From: a virus
Strand: one strand, 5' to 3'
Virus record (IMG/VR): IMGVR_UViG_3300050156_000143
Location: 192,290 to 256,289 of that record
Length of the DNA: 64,000 bases
The translations under genes and the position numbers were made by a program. Positions 28,480-39,097 of this stretch are shown piece by piece. The notes beneath the pieces are model-generated. The model saw only the letters and a program-made list of their open reading frames with translations, was not told the DNA's origin and made no database searches. Numbering within the stretch: the first letter of the stretch is position 1; each line of letters begins with the position of its first letter.

Positions 28480-28815
28480 TTTTTTTACACCAAGAGCATG
28501 GATGCTGCATATCGGCCCGTGAAGTATGGTCAGATTTTTGGTGACAAACGTTTTCAAAAATGGCTTGAATTCGTGCCATTCATGGCGTAAAAACAAGTGA
28601 ATTGGCACAATTCGGTTACTTCCCCACCACCACGCATCACCAAGTTCTAGAAACCGTTTCCTGGCGTCTGAGTTGGTAATGGCCGAATAATCATAAAGTG
28701 ACGTGACGGATGTATCCTGGTTTTGTACAATTCCCACATAATCAACACCAGCGTATGTGCAAATTGTGATAAAGGGGTAATGTTCAGCTAGTGTTGTTAA
28801 GTAGTTTTCTTGCAT
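28438..28815 (-). CDS. conserved phage hypothetical protein
   Basis: YPFIT...YVGIVQN...WWW.SNR..PI; TAAATA at 28825-28830 (-). Confidence 0.65.
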   Translation of the reverse strand: MQENYLTTLAEHYPFITICTYAGVDYVGIVQNQDTSVTSLYDYSAITNSDARKRFLELGDAWWWGSNRIVPIHLFLRHEWHEFKPFLKTFVTKNLTILHGPICSIHALGVKKSKRKGVIMVRKIP

Positions 28816-28856
28816 TTGTGCGGTTATTTAGGTGGCATCTGTCGGTTAAATACCTT

Positions 28857-29576
28857 ATGTATGCAACAACCGTCTATATTTACAAACCTCGTCAGCAGGT
28901 GATTGTATATTCTGGTAACAGTCCTAGGAAATTTCAGCAAATGTACGCAAATAATCTCAAACTGCATCGCGGCGTTGATAACAAAATTCAATTCCGATTT
29001 CTGAACCAAGAGCAAAAACCTATTGATGTGTCAGATAGAGAAATCACTTGTCGAATATTGGATTCAACCAATTCTCAGGTCATATTGCAAAAAACGTTGT
29101 CAGGATTCTTGCCAGTCACGGGCATCATGGAGTTGGAGGTGTTGTCCTCCGATTTGGTTGATATAAAACCACAGAATTGCTTTTATTCACTTAGTTTCGC
29201 CGATGGCGACGGTGTGTACCCAGTATTTGTGGATACGTTGGGTGGATCAAAAGGTAAGATTGAGATAATGGATGACATATTGCCCACACATGTTGAATCC
29301 AACCTTGTTGGCATACCGTCTACCTCGGGTGCGATTTATTATTCCAGTGAATTTTCACCAGACAAATTTTCTACTACGATTCAAGTCGTTTTGACTGGAT
29401 ATTCTGGCTACATTGTCGTAGAAGGGTCAGTTAATTCGACCACATGGTACACAGTCACGCAGGTCTCGTTGGTTGCCAGTGATGGTGCTATAATTTCAAT
29501 CGATGGGTTCCACCCCAAAGTCAGAGTCAAATTTCAACCCACACAAGGCGAACCTACCCGCATTCTGTATCGATGA
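28857..29576 (+). CDS. putative virion structural protein
   Basis: TAAATA-N4-ATG; beta-rich; LHRGVDN.I.F...NQEQKP. Confidence 0.55.
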   Translation: MYATTVYIYKPRQQVIVYSGNSPRKFQQMYANNLKLHRGVDNKIQFRFLNQEQKPIDVSDREITCRILDSTNSQVILQKTLSGFLPVTGIMELEVLSSDLVDIKPQNCFYSLSFADGDGVYPVFVDTLGGSKGKIEIMDDILPTHVESNLVGIPSTSGAIYYSSEFSPDKFSTTIQVVLTGYSGYIVVEGSVNSTTWYTVTQVSLVASDGAIISIDGFHPKVRVKFQPTQGEPTRILYR

Positions 29577-29609
29577 ATGTTGGGGCGTCTTGGATTCTAA
29601 AATCACAAG

Positions 29610-30584
29610 ATGTACAACATTCTCACCATTATTCCAGGGCAAGTAAAAACAACTAAAAGTGGGTGGCATTCGTTTAATGCAGTTTGCTGCCACAATCGTG
29701 GACACCGGGTTGACACGAGATTTCGAGGCGGGCTGAAAATTGATGGAAACAATTGGCTCTACCATTGCTTCAATTGTCAATACACATGTTCTTTTGAATA
29801 TGGTAGGTTCATAGATGACAAAACGTCTGAAATGCTCAAATGGTGTGGAATGGAGCAATCGGATATCAATCGATGGTCTTTCGATAGTCGCAGTCATCGG
29901 CACATTTTGGATTTAATCCCAAAAGCGGTAGTTGAAGATGAGATCACGTTCCCACCAATATCACTACCAAATAACTCAGAGTTCATTGATAAAGCAAATC
30001 CCAAGCATGCCAGATACATTGAATATCTAGAATCAAGAAAGATTGATCCGTTAAAGTACCCATTTTGTGTAACGCCTTATGAGAAAGGTAGAAACAACAA
30101 TAGAATCATTGTGCCCTACACGTACAAAAATGAAATAGTTGGACACACTTCCAGGTTCATGGACAACAGACTACCCAAATATCTAAATGACCAATCTCCT
30201 GGGTATGTTTTTGGATACGATTTACAACATCCTGAGTGGCAAGTTTGTATATTGATGGAGGGCATTTTTGATGCTCTGAGCATAGATGGTTGTGCCACAA
30301 TGCACGAGACCATTTCCCCATCACAGGCCAAACTGTTAGCCACACTCAAACGTAAAATCATCGTGGTTCCAGATTATGACAAATCTGGTTTGTCCATGAT
30401 CTCCAAGGCGCAAGAATATGGCTATTCAATAAGTTTACCAAATTGGGGAGAAGGTGTAAAAGACGTGAACGACGCTGTTGTGAGGTACGGTAAATTGCCA
30501 ACTGTTTTGGCAATTTTGGAAGCCGCTACCACTAGTAAAATTTTAATAGAAATGAAAAGGCAACGCATTGCTGCAAGAATTTAA
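29610..30584 (+). CDS. DNA primase (T4 gp61-like)
   Basis: Zn-binding CCH...YHCFNC, Toprim EGIFDA, PDYDKSG, KDVNDA. Confidence 0.88.
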   Translation: MYNILTIIPGQVKTTKSGWHSFNAVCCHNRGHRVDTRFRGGLKIDGNNWLYHCFNCQYTCSFEYGRFIDDKTSEMLKWCGMEQSDINRWSFDSRSHRHILDLIPKAVVEDEITFPPISLPNNSEFIDKANPKHARYIEYLESRKIDPLKYPFCVTPYEKGRNNNRIIVPYTYKNEIVGHTSRFMDNRLPKYLNDQSPGYVFGYDLQHPEWQVCILMEGIFDALSIDGCATMHETISPSQAKLLATLKRKIIVVPDYDKSGLSMISKAQEYGYSISLPNWGEGVKDVNDAVVRYGKLPTVLAILEAATTSKILIEMKRQRIAARI

Positions 30585-31965
30585 CCATGAAGTCCAAGAA
30601 ATATTCTTGCGGCTTATGGTCACAAACCCGGAATTGTATACTAGAACATTAAACATCTATAACCCGGAGAATTTTGATAAAAAATTCAGAGCTGCTGCAC
30701 GGCTCATTCGAGAACACGCTGACAAATACCGGGCATTGCCATCGTCGCTTCAAATTAAGGCCACCTGTGGCGTATCAATTGATCCGGTTGAAGATTACCA
30801 AGACGCGGATGGGCAATGGTTCTTAGACAACTTTGAAGCGTTCACCAAACGCCAAGAACTTGAACGGGCCATTTTGGAATCAGCCAAACTGCTAGAAAAG
30901 GGGGAGTTTGGGACAGTAGAAACCCTTATTAAAAAAGCGGTGCAAATATCTTTGCAGAAGGATATGGGCACTGATTATTTTGCCGATCCTCGTGCTCGGC
31001 TTTTGGCATTGAAATCCACCAACGCACAGTTATCAACCGGGTGGGTAGTTTTAGATGACTTGCTCAATGGTGGGTTTAACCGTGGGGAACTACAGTTATT
31101 CACGGGTGGGTCAGGTGCGGGTAAGAGTTTGTTTATGCAAAATCTTGCAGTCAATTATGTTACCACGGGGTATAACGTAATTTATATCACCTTGGAACTA
31201 AACGAAGGACTATGTGCAGCACGTATAGATTCCATGATGGCAGACGTTGGCTCAAAAGAGTTGTATCAACGTTTGGATGATGTGGTTTCACGGGTTGCAG
31301 AAATTGGAAAAACTGCTGGGTCATTTCAACTAAAATACGTACCAGCACAAAGTACCATCAACGATATTCGTGCATATTGCAAAGAGTGGCAGATTCAATC
31401 AAAGAAAAAGATAGATGTTATCTGTCTTGATTATTTGGACTTGTTGATGCCCTATGGGGCAAAAGTCAGTGCAAGTGATTTGTTTGTTAAAGACAAATAT
31501 GTGGCAGAAGAGGCTCGCAATCTTGCAAAAGAATTGAACGTCATTATGATTACTGCCAGCCAATTGAATCGCAGCGCAGTAGAGGAAACCGAATTTGACC
31601 ACAGTCATATCTCGGGTGGCATCTCCAAAATCATGACAGCCGACAACATGTTTGGCATTTTTACATCCAGGTCAATGAAAGAGCGTGGCAAATATCAATT
31701 GCAGATGATGAAAACTCGTAGTAGCGACGGTGTGGGTAAAAAATGTGATTTACTTTACAACAACAAGACGCTCAGGATTTTGTCACCGGCCTCAGACAAA
31801 TTTGGATCAGGTGGAAGCGGATCATTGATCGATCAAATGGTGGGCAAGATACGCAATGGTGAAGTGCAAGGCGATAGCGGTGAGATCACAGAGGTGCCAA
31901 AAGTGAAGGGTGACATCCAAAGTGCAAAATTAAAGCAAATGCTAGCCGCACGTAAAACCACCTAA
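30568..31965 (+). CDS. replicative DnaB/gp41-like helicase
   Basis: GGSGAGKS Walker A, TLEL, LDYLDL, ASQLNR, MKTR. Confidence 0.92.
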   Translation: MLQEFNHEVQEIFLRLMVTNPELYTRTLNIYNPENFDKKFRAAARLIREHADKYRALPSSLQIKATCGVSIDPVEDYQDADGQWFLDNFEAFTKRQELERAILESAKLLEKGEFGTVETLIKKAVQISLQKDMGTDYFADPRARLLALKSTNAQLSTGWVVLDDLLNGGFNRGELQLFTGGSGAGKSLFMQNLAVNYVTTGYNVIYITLELNEGLCAARIDSMMADVGSKELYQRLDDVVSRVAEIGKTAGSFQLKYVPAQSTINDIRAYCKEWQIQSKKKIDVICLDYLDLLMPYGAKVSASDLFVKDKYVAEEARNLAKELNVIMITASQLNRSAVEETEFDHSHISGGISKIMTADNMFGIFTSRSMKERGKYQLQMMKTRSSDGVGKKCDLLYNNKTLRILSPASDKFGSGGSGSLIDQMVGKIRNGEVQGDSGEITEVPKVKGDIQSAKLKQMLAARKTT

Positions 31966-31979
31966 ATAAATCATCAAAT

Positions 31980-32234
31980 ATGTCCATGACACCCAACACC
32001 AAAAGTTTACTCCAGGAACTAACTGCACTTGGAGACTTGCGAGATAAACGCCACATGATTGCCACTCGTGCGAACAACGTGATATCTAGTGCAGTGCATT
32101 TACTAGAAATCATCGCATCTTCATATGGGAGTGAACAAGCGGATATGTTGGAGAAAAAGTTGATGAACGCGATAAAAAACCGTGACCCAGCAAAGTTCAC
32201 AAACCACATTAGGAAAATAAATGAAAGCAAATGA
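31980..32234 (+). CDS. conserved phage hypothetical protein
   Basis: TAAATA 31963-31968. Confidence 0.6.
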   Translation: MSMTPNTKSLLQELTALGDLRDKRHMIATRANNVISSAVHLLEIIASSYGSEQADMLEKKLMNAIKNRDPAKFTNHIRKINESK

Positions 32235-32946
32235 TATAGATGAGGCATGGAATCCAACTTCGCTCGTGGGTGCTGGGGTCAAATCGTTGTTCACGGGGCA
32301 GAATGCAACGGATATAGCAGTTAGTAACAAGTTTATTGAAAACTTTTATTCACGGATTGTCACCGATTTGAATGCCGCGATTCGAGGTGGAATGGTTGAT
32401 ATTAAAAATCCAGCAATTCCAACATTGGGGCAGCCACCCCAAAGTATAGATACCGCTCCAGAATCCCCTCCATCGTTATCTGAACAGTTCCACAAGTTGA
32501 TGGAATCGTCTGGGCAAAGTATCAGTCAATGGCTGTATGATTATGTCAATAATTACACCAACGGTGCGATACACGGGAGTGAGCCACGAGTAGTTAGATT
32601 GTGTGTAGCAGTGCAAACCGTGTGGGGGCAAAAGTTACAAAAAGAGGCACTCACTCGGTTAGGTAGTTTGATTTATTCAGTAGTCAGACAAACTGCTGGC
32701 AAACAACACGCTCAGGATGCTGCTCCCTCGGGTGTACCAAAGGCAGATAAACCGACTAAAGAAGATCCAGTGTTCCCAAAATCTGAATACATTTCCAGAG
32801 CTATTGTCGGATTAAAGTCAGTTGATCCAAAAGATTATCAAAAGGTGATGCTGACTGCTGCAAAACAGATGAATAAACTTGATCGACATTCGTTGGAAGT
32901 GTTTTTGAAAGAATTGCAGAAAAAGCTGACCGACAATCATGACTAA
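32221..32946 (+). CDS. hypothetical protein
   Basis: AGGA SD; 241 aa. Confidence 0.55.
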   Translation: MKANDIDEAWNPTSLVGAGVKSLFTGQNATDIAVSNKFIENFYSRIVTDLNAAIRGGMVDIKNPAIPTLGQPPQSIDTAPESPPSLSEQFHKLMESSGQSISQWLYDYVNNYTNGAIHGSEPRVVRLCVAVQTVWGQKLQKEALTRLGSLIYSVVRQTAGKQHAQDAAPSGVPKADKPTKEDPVFPKSEYISRAIVGLKSVDPKDYQKVMLTAAKQMNKLDRHSLEVFLKELQKKLTDNHD

Positions 32947-33979
32947 CGGGCATTTAACGCACCCAGAAGATTTGTTACTGTCAGGTGGCGCCCCTGGGGG
33001 GATTTTGGCGATTGAACTGCTGCGAAAGATGACGAAAACTCCCTCCGAGTTAACGATAAAGTATGATGGCTACCCGGCCTTGATCTTCGGGAGAAATCTT
33101 GATGGCCAGTTTGGCATCATGGACAAACATATGTTCAACAAACGTGATGGCACGGGTAGAAAAATATTCTCCCCTAGGATGTTCGTTGAATATGACCTCC
33201 ACCGTGGTGCCAATCGTCAATCATTGTGGGAAACGGTGGAAAACATTTGGGATTCACTGGAATATCAATTTGGAAACAATGTCGGGTATGTTTGGGGGGA
33301 TTTACTGTTCTCAAAGCCGTTGGATGCCCAAAACGGGATATTTCGATTCCGGGCAAATCCCAATGGCATGGTGTATGAAATCAAAGAGCACTCCAGTTTG
33401 GGAAAAGCAGTGGCCAACAAACTGGCTGGTATTGTGGTGCATCAATCCATACCAGCATCGGCCGTTAGTGTGGACGAGGCCAACCCCGTTTCATCAAAAT
33501 TGAAACAAGGTGACGTACTTATACTGTCGCCAAATTTGCCGATTGTTCCGAAAGTGGGAAACATTGAGCCAGTGTTGACACAATTAAAGGCACATTGTGG
33601 TAAATTGTCATCCATCACACTGTTCAACGATGCTCCCACCGGTTTCGCACAGTTTCTCATGGGATTTGCCAACTACGTGGTGAAAACCGGGGATTTGGAA
33701 AAGTTGATGGAAAAATTGCACCAATATGCGACAATGAAGGCAGTTACGTATATTGACATGTTGGATCAAGCCGAGCTGTCATCGGTTCTAACATTATGGG
33801 CACAGTTAATGACCGTGAAAAACATATTGGTTAACCAAATTGATAAACAGATGGTGAACTCCCCGATTGTAGCAAAACTCGACAATGGCAAAATTGCACA
33901 TGAGGGGTATGTCGGGTTTGGTGTGAAGTTTGTTAACCGGTTTGGTTTTAGTAAGCAGAATTTTGCTGGCAATAGTTGA
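32939..33979 (+). CDS. DUF6267-like protein with ligase-type KxDG motif
   Basis: HLTHPED, TIKYDGYPALIFG, WGDLLF, HEGYV, KFVNR..FS. Confidence 0.55.
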   Translation: MTNGHLTHPEDLLLSGGAPGGILAIELLRKMTKTPSELTIKYDGYPALIFGRNLDGQFGIMDKHMFNKRDGTGRKIFSPRMFVEYDLHRGANRQSLWETVENIWDSLEYQFGNNVGYVWGDLLFSKPLDAQNGIFRFRANPNGMVYEIKEHSSLGKAVANKLAGIVVHQSIPASAVSVDEANPVSSKLKQGDVLILSPNLPIVPKVGNIEPVLTQLKAHCGKLSSITLFNDAPTGFAQFLMGFANYVVKTGDLEKLMEKLHQYATMKAVTYIDMLDQAELSSVLTLWAQLMTVKNILVNQIDKQMVNSPIVAKLDNGKIAHEGYVGFGVKFVNRFGFSKQNFAGNS

Positions 33980-34041
33980 ATAATATTGGCTTGGCATAAA
34001 TACCTGTAGAGCGATGCTCAACAACTTTAAAGGATTATTTT

Positions 34042-34452
34042 ATGTCTATCGTGACTCGTGTAAATGGTGATGTTCAACCCGTCTTTGCATATGATGTGCA
34101 AAATGGTAAGCAAACTGGCACTATCAGTGCCGATGCCCTGGTGCAATTTGAAGGTGGTCGGCTAGATTTCTTCAAAATTATGGCCAACGATGGTTCTGCC
34201 GCCGTTGATCTGCGTGCGCAGCTTGGTGCGGGTGGTGCCGTTGAAGCTATCTTCAAAACCATCAACCAACTTGGTGGTGTGCGTATGTATCAAGTTGAGG
34301 GTGACTCCACTGGACAAATTTCGGTGGGCGTCTATCCCGCTGGCGCATGGACTGCTACCACACTGCAAGCCGCTATTCGTGCCCTGGGCACAGTGAACGG
34401 TGCTGATCTGGACACTACCGCTGTAACGGCTCCTGGCCTGCAACTTGCCTAA
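34042..34452 (+). CDS. putative virion structural protein
   Basis: TAAATA 33997-34002, AAGGA SD, own terminator, Gly/Ala-rich. Confidence 0.55.
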   Translation: MSIVTRVNGDVQPVFAYDVQNGKQTGTISADALVQFEGGRLDFFKIMANDGSAAVDLRAQLGAGGAVEAIFKTINQLGGVRMYQVEGDSTGQISVGVYPAGAWTATTLQAAIRALGTVNGADLDTTAVTAPGLQLA

Positions 34453-34475
34453 CTGAACACCCAGCTAACGTGTTC

Positions 34476-34499
34476 AAGCCACCTTCGGGTGGCTTTTTT
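34476..34499 (+). terminator. intrinsic terminator
   Basis: AAGCCACC-TTCG-GGTGGCTT-T4. Confidence 0.85.
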
Positions 34500-34547
34500 A
34501 TTCCCGACTGTTTCACACGGGCTTTGTCATTGTTGGGAATATTGATG

Positions 34548-34577
34548 TACACTGCATTCACTGCACTGACGCAGACA
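34548..34577 (+). repeat. promoter/leader repeat copy 1
   Basis: TACACTGCATTCACTGCACTGACGCAGACA; TTGTCA 18 bp upstream. Confidence 0.75.
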
Positions 34578-34596
34578 TTTCGACCGGAGTTCCACC

Positions 34597-34839
34597 ATGT
34601 TGCCGCTCTCTACGATTCCCAAAAACATTGAATATCGAATCCACAACGTGAACATCTGGGTAACACGCCCAGTTGGCGACAACGCGCCTTCAAGTGGGGA
34701 GCTTTTGAGCCGTGGTCGGGTACATGGGCGAAATTCTGAATATTTGACAAACGCCAGCACAAAACAATGTTGGATTTGTTCTCGTGATGAATTTGCCCGT
34801 CTGATAACGGACGGAACATTCATCATAGCGAAAAAATGA
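34597..34839 (+). CDS. hypothetical protein
   Basis: GGAG SD downstream of repeat. Confidence 0.5.
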   Translation: MLPLSTIPKNIEYRIHNVNIWVTRPVGDNAPSSGELLSRGRVHGRNSEYLTNASTKQCWICSRDEFARLITDGTFIIAKK

Positions 34840-35042
34840 TGCTATGTACTACTCCAACAAAGACGTATACCTCCAACGCAATCTCAGTCGCATCACATGT
34901 GGGGTGTTGCATCTGACCCGTGAATTGAAATCATTCGAGAGAATGCGAGAACGCGGGTGCCCGGACAGAGTAAACACCATGTTTTATCAGATCGCAAAAG
35001 ATAAACTATCCGATCTGTTGGCCATTCAAACCAGGTTATCCC

Positions 35043-35516
35043 GTGAAGCACGTCTTCCGTCTTTCTAAATTTGTGGTAAACCGTGACATCCAAGGTGCTC
35101 GCCGAGGTGACCACATTGTGGTAATCACTGATCCGGGCATGCCATATTTGCGCTATCGCGTCAACGACACTGTTGTTGTTAAAATTTCCGCAGCAGAGTT
35201 CGACCACGCTATAGCAAATGGTGACATATCCGAGATTCATCCACTGGCGGTGAAAATTAAGAGGCGCAAAGCGCATGAAGGATGGCAAGAATCGGGGTTG
35301 CTCAAAGTGGCCGACAAATTTGGGGAACAGGCTGGGGAGCACGGTGCTTGGTATTTTTGGATGACGCTTCCCGACGATGAACGGGGGCAAGAAATCATAA
35401 CGGACGAACTTACCCGTCGAGGCCACGAATATGAAGTAGTCTTGTTGGAAGATATGACAATTGGATATAACGCCGTACACCAAATCGTGATCTTGAAAAA
35501 TCGGACAAAGTCATGA
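35043..35516 (+). CDS. hypothetical protein
   Basis: 157-aa ORF. Confidence 0.45.
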   Translation: MKHVFRLSKFVVNRDIQGARRGDHIVVITDPGMPYLRYRVNDTVVVKISAAEFDHAIANGDISEIHPLAVKIKRRKAHEGWQESGLLKVADKFGEQAGEHGAWYFWMTLPDDERGQEIITDELTRRGHEYEVVLLEDMTIGYNAVHQIVILKNRTKS

Positions 35517-35737
35517 AAATTGCCAATACCATCGCCATTTCATCCACCGATGCCTGTATTGGGCGAACCGTGGTGAAACGTTCCGGGAAACCGTTCAAAA
35601 GCGGTCAGTTTACCGCAGTAGTCAGCACAGTGACCACCAATCCGCAACACAACCATCGTCCAGCATTCACTTTTATCGATTGTGATGGCGTGGTCGATGT
35701 TACTCAATTGTTACTTTTACCATCCACAACGGCTTAA
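35513..35737 (+). CDS. hypothetical phage protein
   Basis: K.SGKPFKSG motif. Confidence 0.55.
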   Translation: MKIANTIAISSTDACIGRTVVKRSGKPFKSGQFTAVVSTVTTNPQHNHRPAFTFIDCDGVVDVTQLLLLPSTTA

Positions 35738-35753
35738 CGCCAGAAGATACACC

Positions 35754-36158
35754 ATGAACCAAACTATGAAATACATCGGTGGCGCCATTGTCGCTGGCAC
35801 CGCCATCACGTTGGCCCTTCACGCTGCTGGCGTTTTTACCACTGTCGCCACTGCACCGGGACGAATCGTGAATCGCACCATGTCCACCGTCAATATCATC
35901 CAGAATTACGAATGGTTCTATGATGCCAACGGACAGATTAACGCCCGTGTTGGTCAAATTGCCGCACACGCTAAGCTCATCGCAGCCGAAACTGATAAAC
36001 GAGAACGTGCTCAGTTGAACATTGAATTGGCCGGTATGCAACAAAGTTGCCGAGAATTGGTGGAAAAGTATAACGCCAATTCTGAAAAGGCCAACCATTC
36101 CATTTTCAAATCCAACAATCTTCCCGATTCGTTCAACCCGTCTATTTGCGGAGCCTAA
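35754..36158 (+). CDS. membrane-anchored protein
   Basis: N-terminal TM; NYEWFYD...YNANS. Confidence 0.6.
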   Translation: MNQTMKYIGGAIVAGTAITLALHAAGVFTTVATAPGRIVNRTMSTVNIIQNYEWFYDANGQINARVGQIAAHAKLIAAETDKRERAQLNIELAGMQQSCRELVEKYNANSEKANHSIFKSNNLPDSFNPSICGA

Positions 36159-36161
36159 ATC

Positions 36162-36653
36162 ATGAAAACCACCATCACCACCATTGTTTGCGCATGTTTG
36201 TTTGTATTAGCTGGCTGCAAAGACGACTCACCGCAGGCCAAGAATGTGCAGGCAAATAAAGCACGCGAAGCAGCAAATTCGATCAACTTTGCCGAAAATG
36301 CAGAAATCGACAATATCAAAAAACGTCTTGAATTAACTGCAAATCCAGGTTTGCTTGGGTTCGTGGTGCTACTCAATGAATCGGGCCAGCCTGTCATGAA
36401 TTTGGCAGTCAAGGGTAAGATCACCTCTGGGGCAAAGCGGTTGACGCGCCCAGATCGTGTTACTGCTGAAGGCCCAGGCACTAACAATGTAGTGGCACAA
36501 TCCCCTAGCGATGAGGGCACTTATGGTCACAGTGGTGAATATGTCTTTTTCTGGACTACTTCTGGTCAATATATCCAGTGGAACGGCAAATATCTGTATT
36601 CCGACAAACCATTTCGCTTGAACATCCAACCCATTGTTGTGTCTCAGCAGTAA
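36162..36653 (+). CDS. lipoprotein
   Basis: signal peptide with lipobox LAGC; PSDEGTYG.S..YVFF. Confidence 0.65.
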   Translation: MKTTITTIVCACLFVLAGCKDDSPQAKNVQANKAREAANSINFAENAEIDNIKKRLELTANPGLLGFVVLLNESGQPVMNLAVKGKITSGAKRLTRPDRVTAEGPGTNNVVAQSPSDEGTYGHSGEYVFFWTTSGQYIQWNGKYLYSDKPFRLNIQPIVVSQQ

Positions 36654-36665
36654 TTTGGAGTTTCC

Positions 36666-37772
36666 ATGACACTAGCTTCGCAAACATATACCGAATTGAT
36701 GGCATTGTGTGGTTCAGATGATGCTTTCTTTTTCAAAGATTGTGAGAAAGACGGGATCAGCTATCGAATCTTCAATTACCGACTCGTTAGCTACACTCAG
36801 TTTCAAAAGCCGTCTGCCCTGAATTGTCGGGGGATTATGTATGATGTGACTGATCCAACTGCACCACGGTTAGTCAGTTTGCCAATGCAGAAGTTCTTCA
36901 ATTACGAGGAAGGTGGCGTTGACCATTCTGCGCACCAAATTGGCTGTATTATGGAAAAGATGGATGGGTCACTGATTTCAACCTATATCCATCAGGGTGA
37001 GCTAGCGTTTAAGTCCAAGGGGTCGCTGACATCATCACAGGCCATTTCGGCCACAAAATACGTGAATGATCGCCCCGCCCTGAAAGATGCGATTTTGGAT
37101 GGTGTTAGCAAAGGATTCACCTTAAACTTTGAATACACTTCCCCTGAAAACCGAGTGGTGGTGCCATATCAAGACGAACGGCTGACGCTGTTGTCAGCAC
37201 GGTGCAACAGCACGTTTGAAAACTATTTTGGGTCAGCGTTGACTCGGTTTCAAGGCCTAGTTCCGTACATCGTTGAACCCCAAGATGGTTGCACTATTTC
37301 CCACCGTGAGTTAGTGGAATCGGTGCGAGCACGCACCGAGGGCGAAGGTGTGGTGGTTGAAATCGGTGAACGACTGGTGAAAATCAAGTCAGATCGGTAT
37401 CTGTTGCTGCACCAAACCAAAGATTCGGTCAATTCCAGCAAGCGATTATTTGAAGCCATCATCGAGGAAGCCACCGACGATTTGCGCTCATTGTTTGCCG
37501 ACGATCCCTATGTATTGGCCAAAATTGCAGCGATGGAGGCAAAGGTTCAACCCATCTTTAATCACATTGTTAACACAGTGGAGACATTTTATGAAACCAA
37601 TAAGTCACTGACTCGAAAAGACTTTGCGATCAAGGTACAGGCCGAGTTCCCGCAATTCATGGGGATGATTATGGGCTTGTTCACTGGCCGAACACCAGAT
37701 TACAAAACATTTGCCAAAAAATACCGTGTTGAAATTTTTGGCATTTGTGACGACCAACCTGAAACTGAATAA
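36666..37772 (+). CDS. rnlA: RNA ligase 1 (T4 RnlA-like)
   Basis: IFNY, CRG, PMQKFFN, EKMDGSL, FEY.SP.N.VV, EGVV, VKIKS..Y. Confidence 0.88.
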   Translation: MTLASQTYTELMALCGSDDAFFFKDCEKDGISYRIFNYRLVSYTQFQKPSALNCRGIMYDVTDPTAPRLVSLPMQKFFNYEEGGVDHSAHQIGCIMEKMDGSLISTYIHQGELAFKSKGSLTSSQAISATKYVNDRPALKDAILDGVSKGFTLNFEYTSPENRVVVPYQDERLTLLSARCNSTFENYFGSALTRFQGLVPYIVEPQDGCTISHRELVESVRARTEGEGVVVEIGERLVKIKSDRYLLLHQTKDSVNSSKRLFEAIIEEATDDLRSLFADDPYVLAKIAAMEAKVQPIFNHIVNTVETFYETNKSLTRKDFAIKVQAEFPQFMGMIMGLFTGRTPDYKTFAKKYRVEIFGICDDQPETE

Positions 37773-37783
37773 AGGAGCATATC

Positions 37784-38779
37784 TTGCAACATTACAAATT
37801 TCCCAGTATTGAACAATTTCGCCACGCTGTGAAAACGGTGCGCGACCACTGCGCTTATTACAGCCTACCGTTGCCCAGCGTGGATTTCATTGGCACCGTC
37901 AAGTTGCACGGCACGAATGCCAGTGTGGTTTATGATGCGAAAACGGGTGACACCCAGCCCCAATCTCGTGAGCGTATCATCACCATCGGCAACGACAATG
38001 CTGGTTTCGCATTATCTGCTGCGACCCATGCGGAAAAGTTCTCGACCATGTTTTCCACCTTGCAGCAAAGTGGTCAGCATGATGTGATCGCTATCTACGG
38101 GGAATGGTGCGGACAAGGCATTCAAAAGGGCGTTGCTGTCAGCCAAGTGCAAAAAATGTTTGTTGTCTTTGGGATCAAAATGATTACCAATGGTGACGAA
38201 ACCTGGATGCCGATTGATCAAATCAACGAGATCGTGGGAGATTACCCTGGCATTTATTCGATTGGGTCATTCAAGACATACCACCTGACCATCGACTTCT
38301 CAAATCCAGAACTGTCTCAAAATGAGTTAGTCCGCCTGACCAACGATGTGGAGCAAGAGTGCCCAGTGGGTAAACATTTTGGGGTGTCGGGTGTTGGCGA
38401 AGGGATCGTGTGGTCTTCGACCAATTTCACCAAAAAGCTGGTGTTCAAAGTCAAAGGTGAAAAACACAGTGATAGCAAGGTGAAAACTCTGGCGGAAGTC
38501 GATGTGGAGAAGATGCAATCGATACAGGCATACGCTAATACAGTGGTGACTGACCACCGTCTTGAAAAAATGCTCGCCACACTAATCGAAACGGGTGGGC
38601 AAGCCGAACAGCAGTTCACGAGCGATTTCATCAGGCTGGTATTTGCTGATGTGATCAAAGAAGAATCCGATCGTTTGATTGAAAGCGGCTTCACTTGGAA
38701 GCAAGTGTCGCCAAAAGTGGCAACCAATGCTCGGAACTGGTGGATGAAACGATTGGATGAATTGGCTCGCGCCGCGTAA
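37784..38779 (+). CDS. RNA ligase 2 (Rnl2-like)
   Basis: KFPSIEQF, KLHGTN, YGEWCG, GEGIVW, FKVK; AAGGAG SD before TTG. Confidence 0.8.
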   Translation: MQHYKFPSIEQFRHAVKTVRDHCAYYSLPLPSVDFIGTVKLHGTNASVVYDAKTGDTQPQSRERIITIGNDNAGFALSAATHAEKFSTMFSTLQQSGQHDVIAIYGEWCGQGIQKGVAVSQVQKMFVVFGIKMITNGDETWMPIDQINEIVGDYPGIYSIGSFKTYHLTIDFSNPELSQNELVRLTNDVEQECPVGKHFGVSGVGEGIVWSSTNFTKKLVFKVKGEKHSDSKVKTLAEVDVEKMQSIQAYANTVVTDHRLEKMLATLIETGGQAEQQFTSDFIRLVFADVIKEESDRLIESGFTWKQVSPKVATNARNWWMKRLDELARAA

Positions 38780-38786
38780 ACCCCTT

Positions 38787-38823
38787 AGTCGCAGTATGGT
38801 ATTTCACTATGCTGCGACTTTTT
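38787..38823 (+). terminator. intrinsic terminator
   Basis: AGTCGCAGTA...TGCTGCGACT hairpin with T tract. Confidence 0.65.
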
Positions 38824-39097
38824 GCATATACTTGCGCCATTCGATATCCACCTTGAAAACCACCATGCAAATTTACTATCTGTCATGTTCTGTTGTCAAT
38901 CCACCAGATTTTGGTGGGTTTTATTTTTTTGTAAAATCTGGTGGCAATTTTGACGCACAGGAATATGCCGAAGTGTATGGGATTGATCCAGTAGATATTG
39001 ATGAATCGACCATTGGGGCGGTGCGAAACTGGGTTAAGCGCCTGGGTGAAAACGAATGGTTGGCAATTTCTCACCAGTCCCACCAATAATTGGAGAA

